NCBI GenBank assembly: GCA_965247415.1
Contig: OZ252007.1
Span: 2,416,416 to 2,480,415, forward strand
Direction: 5' to 3'
DNA length: 64,000 nt
DNA from: Methylophilaceae bacterium
GTDB lineage: Bacteria; Pseudomonadota; Gammaproteobacteria; Burkholderiales; Methylophilaceae
The position numbers and the translations under genes were made by a program. The notes beneath the pieces were generated by a model that worked only from the letters and a program-made list of their open reading frames with translations, was not told the DNA's origin and did not search any database. Positions 57,680 through 64,000 of this stretch are shown here, one piece after another. The stretch's first letter is position 1. Every line of letters starts with the position of its first letter.

Positions 57680-58525
57680 ATGAAATTTAAATTTAAACGT
57701 CTAGCGGTTGCAGTGGCTTTATCTGCTGTTGCGGTTTCTGCTCAAGCGGAGATCAACAGTGGTAGCTCAACTAACTCTGAGTTGTTTTTCAGTGCTTGGA
57801 ATGGTGACAATGGTTACACATTTGATTTGTCATCAGCATTAACTTTGAACGATATTGTTGGTGCAGATGGTACAAACGCCGCAAACTTCGTTACAAATTT
57901 ACCAACTTTTGCAGCTGGTACAGTTTTATTTGATGGTGCGTTAACAGGATTTAATAGCTCATTTTCGTCTACGACTGGTGTGGAGTGGAACTTAGCCGCA
58001 TTCGATAACAATGGTTTAAAACGTTTTATTTCAACACAAGACGTATCAACATCTGGCTCAATTGCCTCTTCAAATTTAATCGTGTCTCAAGCTGCAGCGG
58101 CAATGGAATCATATTCTGGCGCTGTAAATGGAAACATGGTTGATTTAACTGTACCTGCTGACTCTTATGCAAACACTTTAAGTACGGATGGTACGGCTTA
58201 TGCTGGCACTTGGGGTTCTACATGGAATAATAATCTTGTCGACTCAACCAATGTAATGGGTGCAACCTCTGCTTTAGGGTTTTATGCACGCTCATCACAA
58301 TCAGCTGCTCAAGGTAACGCTGCACCAATTTTTGCTCAACTTGGTTTAACAGCACGTACTTACCAAGGTGCAGGCAATGAGTGGCGTTTAGAGTTAGCTG
58401 CCTTACCTGCTACAAATCCTATTGACCCTGTTGCGGCAGTGCCTGAACCAGAATCATACGCGATGATGTTGGCTGGATTAGCATTATTAGGTGGCGTTTC
58501 TCGTCGTCGTAACAACAAAGCTTAA
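57680..58525 (+). CDS. PEP-CTERM sorting-domain protein
   Basis: Signal peptide MKFKFKRLAVAVALSAVAVSAQA, a low-complexity S/T/A/G/N-rich body and the C-terminal VPEPESYAMMLAGLALLGGVSRRRNNKA (PEP motif, TM and basic cluster). Confidence 0.92.
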   Translation: MKFKFKRLAVAVALSAVAVSAQAEINSGSSTNSELFFSAWNGDNGYTFDLSSALTLNDIVGADGTNAANFVTNLPTFAAGTVLFDGALTGFNSSFSSTTGVEWNLAAFDNNGLKRFISTQDVSTSGSIASSNLIVSQAAAAMESYSGAVNGNMVDLTVPADSYANTLSTDGTAYAGTWGSTWNNNLVDSTNVMGATSALGFYARSSQSAAQGNAAPIFAQLGLTARTYQGAGNEWRLELAALPATNPIDPVAAVPEPESYAMMLAGLALLGGVSRRRNNKA

Positions 58526-58684
58526 TTGCTGAATGGCTATGGTGTAGATGTCAAGTTTATATACATCATAGCCAGTTAATCAAATAACTATTTTATTAAA
58601 CCTAAATTTAGGTTTATGGCATAACTTTGCCTAAATTTTCGTTAATTGCTTTTAATTACATAATTTTTTAGAGGAAAATTTCAA

Positions 58685-60190
58685 ATGAAATATTCAAAAA
58701 TCGCACTTGCTTGTGGATTGGCACTTTCAGCCATGGCAGCACAAGCCGCTGGACCAACAATTCCAGCTGGTACAGTGACAATTTACTTTTCTGGAGCTTC
58801 AGCTCCAGATAACTTTTTAAACGATACAATTAAAGATATGCTTACCAATGAAGTTGCAATTCGTGGTACAGCGAATGCAAATAGCTATCGTGCTTTCTTA
58901 GGTCAAGCTACTGCTAACGTACCTGGTGTTACTGCAGGCACTAACATTTTACTCATCAAACGTTCAAAAGGTGGTTCTGTTTGGGGTGTTGATCCGGTCG
59001 CGCGTGCGCAACGTGTTGAGGTGTTAGATTTAAATAACTGTACAGCTGTAACACCTACAACTGCGGATCCATACTCATGGGCATGCGGTACGAAAGGTGT
59101 GGATCCAGGTACATCTGGCTATGTTAATACTACTGCAAATACAGGTTTAATCCCTGATTTTGGTATATCTGACGTTGAGCCAAAATTATTTAAAGCGCCC
59201 TATAACACTGAAAATGGTGCTGCAGCTCTTACTTCAACTGAGTTGGCTAGATTAACCGCTAGCCCAGTCAATCAAATTATGATGGGGATTGTTGCAACCA
59301 ACGCTGTTGCTGCAACAACACACATTAGCCGTACGCAGTATGGCGCGATGTTAGCTGGTCAGTTTGACACTTGGGAGCAAATTGATGGTTCACAAGATCC
59401 AGTTGTTGTTTGCCGTCGTGTAAATGGTTCTGGTACACAAACTTCCTACAACTGGTTCTTCTCAGGGTTCCCATGTAATGGCGGCTCTTCAACTAACATG
59501 TTGCCAAAAACAGTCGCTGACAGCTACGGTTATGACGGTGCGCATGCCGGCACTACTTTAGATCCAATCTTAGTTGATCCTTCTGCCGGTTACACTGTGG
59601 TAGAAAATTCAGGTTCAGGCGACGTACGTAATTGCCTAACAGCTGCAAATGCTGGTACTGACCATACAGTTACTGGCTCAAATGGTAAAGTTTACAAAGT
59701 ATTGTTCTCAGCAGTGGGTGGCCCATCAAAAGCAATTGGTGTGCTTTCTTTAGACAGCTACGTTACAGCAGCCTCATCTCCTAATTACAGCTTCCGTATG
59801 TTAGATGGCGCAGGCACATTTAACGGTGTAACACAAGCTGCTTCAGCAGGTGCAACAGGTATTGCACCATCAAAAGCAAACTTGGTAAATGGCAAATATG
59901 ACTTTGTAGTTGAGTTATCAATGCAAAGGCGTAACCAAGCTGTGACTTTAGCAGGTGGTGAAGTAGTTGCTGCTCCATCAGCTGTTCAAACAGCATTCTT
60001 TACACAATTAGTTAAAAACTTAGGTAGCACTAAATATACTGCAAATGATGGCGGTACATTTACAACAACACCAAATGCATTTGCTTCACTACCAACAGCT
60101 GCTAGCTATTCAGCTAAACCAAACTTTGTAAACCGCTACACACGTAACTCTGATACTTGCCAAGCCTTGCAAGGTAAACCATCACTTTAA
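58685..60190 (+). CDS. large secreted protein of unknown function (possibly periplasmic-binding-protein-like fold)
   Basis: Signal peptide MKYSKIALACGLALSAMAAQA, 501 aa. The segment RRVNGSGTQTSYNWFF is reminiscent of PstS-like PBP motifs, but I cannot assign a family. Confidence 0.4.
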   Translation: MKYSKIALACGLALSAMAAQAAGPTIPAGTVTIYFSGASAPDNFLNDTIKDMLTNEVAIRGTANANSYRAFLGQATANVPGVTAGTNILLIKRSKGGSVWGVDPVARAQRVEVLDLNNCTAVTPTTADPYSWACGTKGVDPGTSGYVNTTANTGLIPDFGISDVEPKLFKAPYNTENGAAALTSTELARLTASPVNQIMMGIVATNAVAATTHISRTQYGAMLAGQFDTWEQIDGSQDPVVVCRRVNGSGTQTSYNWFFSGFPCNGGSSTNMLPKTVADSYGYDGAHAGTTLDPILVDPSAGYTVVENSGSGDVRNCLTAANAGTDHTVTGSNGKVYKVLFSAVGGPSKAIGVLSLDSYVTAASSPNYSFRMLDGAGTFNGVTQAASAGATGIAPSKANLVNGKYDFVVELSMQRRNQAVTLAGGEVVAAPSAVQTAFFTQLVKNLGSTKYTANDGGTFTTTPNAFASLPTAASYSAKPNFVNRYTRNSDTCQALQGKPSL

Positions 60191-60235
60191 TTGTGCGCAT
60201 TTTACAAGTTAAAAGTTAAGTAGCTTTTAGATTTG

Positions 60236-60266
60236 CCTCTCTCTAATTTTAGGGAGAGGATTTTTG
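60236..60266 (+). terminator. probable rho-independent terminator
   Basis: CCTCTC...GAGAGG stem followed by TTTTT, 45 nt after the stop at 60190. Confidence 0.5.
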
Positions 60267-60369
60267 TTTAGTAAAAGTTGTTTTTTCGAGCGTTTTTTTA
60301 TCAGTGTAGTAAAAAGAATGCTCGAAAAATAATTTTTAATGTGTTGAAAGTTTTTTAGGATTTAAGCCA

Positions 60370-63300
60370 ATGAATCACGGTATTTATCGTCTTGTTTTTA
60401 ATGAAGTACGTGGACTTTGGATGGTGGTTGATGAACATGCACGTAGCCATCAATCTGGTAAAAATGGTGCTAGGGCAAGTAATCGCCGCAACTCAAAAAG
60501 TAAGCAAACCAGTTTTTGGATAGTTTTACTTGGCATTACGACTGCCATGCTGGGCTTGTTTGCTGATCAAACATTAGCTGCAGGCAATTTACCTGCAGGC
60601 ACACTTCCAACAGGGCTGGAAGTCAAAGCGGGCAATATCAATTTAAGTAACCCAAGTGCTACTACCTTAAATATTAATCAAAGTAGCGTTAAAGGCATTA
60701 TGCAGGGCACCAATTTTAATATTGGTACTGGAGCGGCCGTTAATTTTAATCACACAGGCGGTGCGGGTTCTGCCACATTAATACGTATTAATGGCCCTAA
60801 AAGCGTCATTGAAGGTGCGCTTAATTCCCCAAATGGTGCTGTTCATCTCATCAATCAAAACGGTATTTTATTTGCTAACGGTGCACGGGTTGATGTGAAT
60901 GGTTTAGTTGCTTCTGCATTAGATGTAAAAGACAGTGATTTTTTAAGTGATTTAGGCCATTTTAATTCATATTTAGATGGTGGCCGCGCCGCTTATGTTT
61001 GGGGTGGCGATAATGAAGGCTTTAAAACCGTTTTAGTACAAGTTGAGCCTGACGCAAATATTAAGGCAAAACTGGGTAGCTCTGTGATGTTGTTTGCGCC
61101 TACTGTTGTCAACCAAGGTAGCATTCAAACTACAGAAGGCCAAGTAGCCATGGCTGCTGGTGCAAAAGTTTATATTTCTGTCGCGCCAGATATTAACTCT
61201 GGCACCAATGTAAAAGATGTTTATAACTACACTAAAGATTCGCCTTACCGAGCATTGGCTGGCGTTTTAGTTGAAGTGGATTCCTACAAAGAGCCAGCAG
61301 TTCCTGCAACAGAGTCCACGCCAGAAATTCCAGAAGTGGACATTAAAGGCCAAGTGACGAACGACACCATGGGGCGCATTTTGGCGCAACGCGGTAATGT
61401 AACCATGGCTGGTTTTTTGGTAAACCAAAGTGGGCGAGTGACCGCAACTTCTTCAGTGAATCAAAAAGGGTCAATTCGCTTATTAGCCAGAGATACACTG
61501 GAAAACAATAATGGCAATATTGAAGTTGTAAAGTCAGACGACTCTCAAACGCAAACGCTTTCTCAGCGTTTAAGTGAAATTCAAGCATCTGGAAATAATA
61601 AATTAATTACTGCAAGCCGTGCTGGCACGCTGACGATTGGTAAAAATAGCATTACAACCGTGCTAGGTGAAGATAAAGCGTCTTTAGTAAAAGCTAACGC
61701 ATTATTTTCTAACGCCCAAGCTGGGGAGCCAGCAGCCACAAATGGTGAAGTAAGTTATAAACAGAAAGTCATTAACGCGCTGAATAATTACAAGGTGGAT
61801 GATAAAGGAAAAGTAATCCTTGATAGTAAAGGCAAACCAATGGTTGTTGCGCCACCAACCATTAGCGATGACCAAGTTTACAATTCTGCCACGATTGAAG
61901 CGGTTGGTCGGCAAGTGAATATTGAAGATAACGCAAAAGTTGTGGTGCCTGGTGGTTACATCAATATTGCTGCGCAAAAAAATGGCTCACAATTTAATGT
62001 GGATAACACCAATATTTTTGATCCAGAATCCCGTGTTTATTTAGGCAAAAATACGCTGATTGATGTGGCAGGCTTGCAAAATGTGGCTGTTTCAATGGAA
62101 AGCAATTTTGTAAAACGCCTGTTAACGCTTACAGACTTAAATGACAATTCGCTTAACCGTGATGGCTTTTTATACCGCAAAGAGGTTTGGTTTGATATTC
62201 GCAACGCGCCAGACTCACGCGTGGCAAATTTATCAGGCTTTATTTCGCAAGTACCGCGCAGTTTAGGCGAAAAGTTAGCAAGTGCTGGCAAAGTGGATAT
62301 TAAATCTGAAGGTGATGTTATTCAGCGCGCGGGTTCAAAAATTGACGTTTCTGGCGGAAGCATAAAATATAGCGATGGTGTGAATAAAGAAACTTGGGTT
62401 AAAGACGCAAGTGGTAAATTTTATTCTTTAGGCAATGCCCCTGTTGATGTCAAATTTACAGGGTTTTACGGTGGTAAAAATTCTATCGGAAAACGTGAAA
62501 ACGGTTATGTAGAAGGTAAAATTGCAGGTGATCTTGATATTGCAGCTTATAAAATTGCCTTGGATGGCGAAGTTAAAGGCGGTGCGATTTATGGCCCTAA
62601 ACAACGTGAAGCTGATAACTTAGGTGGAAAACTTAAAATTAATGTGATGACCCCAAGCACAGGGGAGCTTACCAATGTTAATTTTGGAAAAACTCAAAAC
62701 ATTGAAGCATTAAACTCTTTATTTGATGTTGGTTCAGCAGAAACAAATCCTGATTTTAGAAAACTAACAGAATCCCGCAGCAAAACGGTGGAGTTAGATT
62801 CAGCCCTGCTCAGTAAAAGTGGGCTTGAGTCAATTAAGGTTAAGGCGCAAGGCAATATCACAGTTAATAGTGCATTAAATTTGGCAGATGGCGCAAGTTT
62901 AAATTTGGCTGGGAACAGCATAGATATTAACCAAAATATTGTCGCTAGAGGCGGCAAAATTAGTCTAACAAGTACATTTGTTGAAACCAGCCCAATTAAT
63001 AATATTACTTTAGCCAATGGCATTACCTTAGATGTTTCTGGTAACTGGATAAATGATATTAAACAAAGCATTCTGCCAAGAGTTGTGACGAATGGCGGCT
63101 CTGTTACTATCAACTCTGCCGATGAAATAACGCTCGGCGGAAATAGCTTGGTGGATGTTTCCGCAGGTGGTTGGGTAAGGTTAAATAACAAAGTTGTACA
63201 AATTGCAGATTCAGGTAAAGCAGGTGAAATTAACATTGCTACCCAGCGAGGGCAGGGCGGCAATGTCAACCCATACACCTACAAAGCACCCGTTTTAGAC

Positions 63301-64000
63301 GGAGAATTAAGAGGTTTTGGTTTTGGTAATCACGGCGGCAGTTTGTCGATTACCGCACCATTTATCACGATTGGCAATGCCGGCTTTGGTGATGCACGTG
63401 AGTTTTTAGCAACACCTGATTTTTTTAAAAATAATGGTTTTACCAATTTTAAATTAACTGGGCGCGATGGCGTAGTGGTGCGTGATGGCACAAACGTTGA
63501 AGTTACTGCTAAAAATTATGTACTTGATAAAAATTATCATTTAAAAGAAACAGGCAGCCATGTACATGATTTTGCAAAAATTACTCAACTGCCAGAGCAT
63601 TTAAGAAGTTCAACCAAGCTTTCATTATTTACAGAAGCAACGGATGTTATTACTCCTGCAGAAGCTTTCACTAAATCAAACATAGCCCGCGGAAGTATTT
63701 TGATTGGGCAGAGCGCAAGCATCAATGTTGAATCAAATGGCCAGCACGTTGATACGCATGGCGTGAAATCTGCACCAAGCATTTCACTCTCAGCTTGGGA
63801 TAATCAAATTACAGTGTTAGGCACCCTTAAAGCATTGGGGGGTGATATTTCGCTCACCATGAATGGCGACCCAACCACTGAAAGCGATAATGGCTACAAT
63901 GCGTCGCAAGCCATTTGGTTGGGCGGACAAGCCAATTTGTTAGCAGGTGGTTATACACGTACTATTCCAAACAGAAACGGTACGCGCGAAGGGACCGTTT
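60370..64000 (+). CDS. two-partner-secretion exoprotein (TpsA, filamentous-hemagglutinin-like), 5' 1210 codons; 3' end outside window
   Basis: It is absent from the ORF track because no stop occurs before the window end. I checked the frame at both ends. It has an extended signal peptide region (MNHGIYRLVFNEVRGLWMVVDEHA), a TPS domain (LNINQSS..GIMQGTNFNIG..AVNFNH....ATLIRING.KSVIEGALNSPNGAVHLINQNGILFANGARVDVNGLVASALDV) and then G/N/V/I-rich beta-helix repeats. Confidence 0.9.
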   Translation, partial: MNHGIYRLVFNEVRGLWMVVDEHARSHQSGKNGARASNRRNSKSKQTSFWIVLLGITTAMLGLFADQTLAAGNLPAGTLPTGLEVKAGNINLSNPSATTLNINQSSVKGIMQGTNFNIGTGAAVNFNHTGGAGSATLIRINGPKSVIEGALNSPNGAVHLINQNGILFANGARVDVNGLVASALDVKDSDFLSDLGHFNSYLDGGRAAYVWGGDNEGFKTVLVQVEPDANIKAKLGSSVMLFAPTVVNQGSIQTTEGQVAMAAGAKVYISVAPDINSGTNVKDVYNYTKDSPYRALAGVLVEVDSYKEPAVPATESTPEIPEVDIKGQVTNDTMGRILAQRGNVTMAGFLVNQSGRVTATSSVNQKGSIRLLARDTLENNNGNIEVVKSDDSQTQTLSQRLSEIQASGNNKLITASRAGTLTIGKNSITTVLGEDKASLVKANALFSNAQAGEPAATNGEVSYKQKVINALNNYKVDDKGKVILDSKGKPMVVAPPTISDDQVYNSATIEAVGRQVNIEDNAKVVVPGGYINIAAQKNGSQFNVDNTNIFDPESRVYLGKNTLIDVAGLQNVAVSMESNFVKRLLTLTDLNDNSLNRDGFLYRKEVWFDIRNAPDSRVANLSGFISQVPRSLGEKLASAGKVDIKSEGDVIQRAGSKIDVSGGSIKYSDGVNKETWVKDASGKFYSLGNAPVDVKFTGFYGGKNSIGKRENGYVEGKIAGDLDIAAYKIALDGEVKGGAIYGPKQREADNLGGKLKINVMTPSTGELTNVNFGKTQNIEALNSLFDVGSAETNPDFRKLTESRSKTVELDSALLSKSGLESIKVKAQGNITVNSALNLADGASLNLAGNSIDINQNIVARGGKISLTSTFVETSPINNITLANGITLDVSGNWINDIKQSILPRVVTNGGSVTINSADEITLGGNSLVDVSAGGWVRLNNKVVQIADSGKAGEINIATQRGQGGNVNPYTYKAPVLDGELRGFGFGNHGGSLSITAPFITIGNAGFGDAREFLATPDFFKNNGFTNFKLTGRDGVVVRDGTNVEVTAKNYVLDKNYHLKETGSHVHDFAKITQLPEHLRSSTKLSLFTEATDVITPAEAFTKSNIARGSILIGQSASINVESNGQHVDTHGVKSAPSISLSAWDNQITVLGTLKALGGDISLTMNGDPTTESDNGYNASQAIWLGGQANLLAGGYTRTIPNRNGTREGTV

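Noticed and set aside
61343-63782. Minus-strand ORFs (81, 91, 84, 194 and 65 aa) listed where no plus-strand ORF is given
   Set aside because: The plus strand here is one continuous open frame, the TpsA exoprotein from 60370. The track omits it only because it lacks a stop in the window, and these ORFs are its antisense shadows.

Overview
This 64-kb window comes from a low-GC proteobacterial chromosome, beta/gamma-like by gene content. No taxon can be assigned from sequence alone. (1) Positions 1-12.1 kb are housekeeping core: smc (3' part), zipA, ligA, a TPR protein, msrPQ, a DoxX protein, an MTA-phosphorylase-family gene, def and tRNA-Ser(UGA). (2) A ~32.6-kb integrated island runs from the tRNA 3' end to a perfect 29-bp copy of that end at 44654-44682. 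It has a decayed tyrosine-integrase remnant next to the tRNA and an identical 20-bp tandem motif just inside each end. It carries: (a) a visibly GC-richer block (12.9-22.4 kb) with a LysR gene divergent from a 10-gene minus-strand array. That array includes a canonical DUF2282 / DUF692 (MNIO) / DUF2063 / DoxX bufferin-type RiPP operon plus thioredoxin-like, YHS, AhpD-like, GST, DUF1348 and a PNPOx-FNR-2Fe2S fusion; (b) a second MNIO/DUF2063 operon whose precursor is a lipobox-bearing peptide with four tandem 13-residue Cys-Lys repeats, divergent from a secreted-Trx/CcdA/DUF1223 module; (c) an intact IS3-family element with a 3-bp target duplication; (d) a degenerate-GGDEF/EAL protein; (e) a LuxR-type regulator, a secreted GlcG/HbpS-like protein and a complete non-canonical type-IV-filament/T2SS-like gene cluster. 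(3) About 570 bp beyond the island end lies a paralogous second copy of that cluster in the same gene order. After it come an SLT transglycosylase, an EpsA-like LuxR regulator, DsbC/G, a PEP-CTERM protein, a large secreted protein and the 5' 3.6 kb of a two-partner-secretion (TpsA/FHA-like) exoprotein running off the window. Most worth follow-up are the two MNIO RiPP loci with their redox/metal accessory genes, and the duplicated secretion/pilus-like machines that straddle the island boundary.
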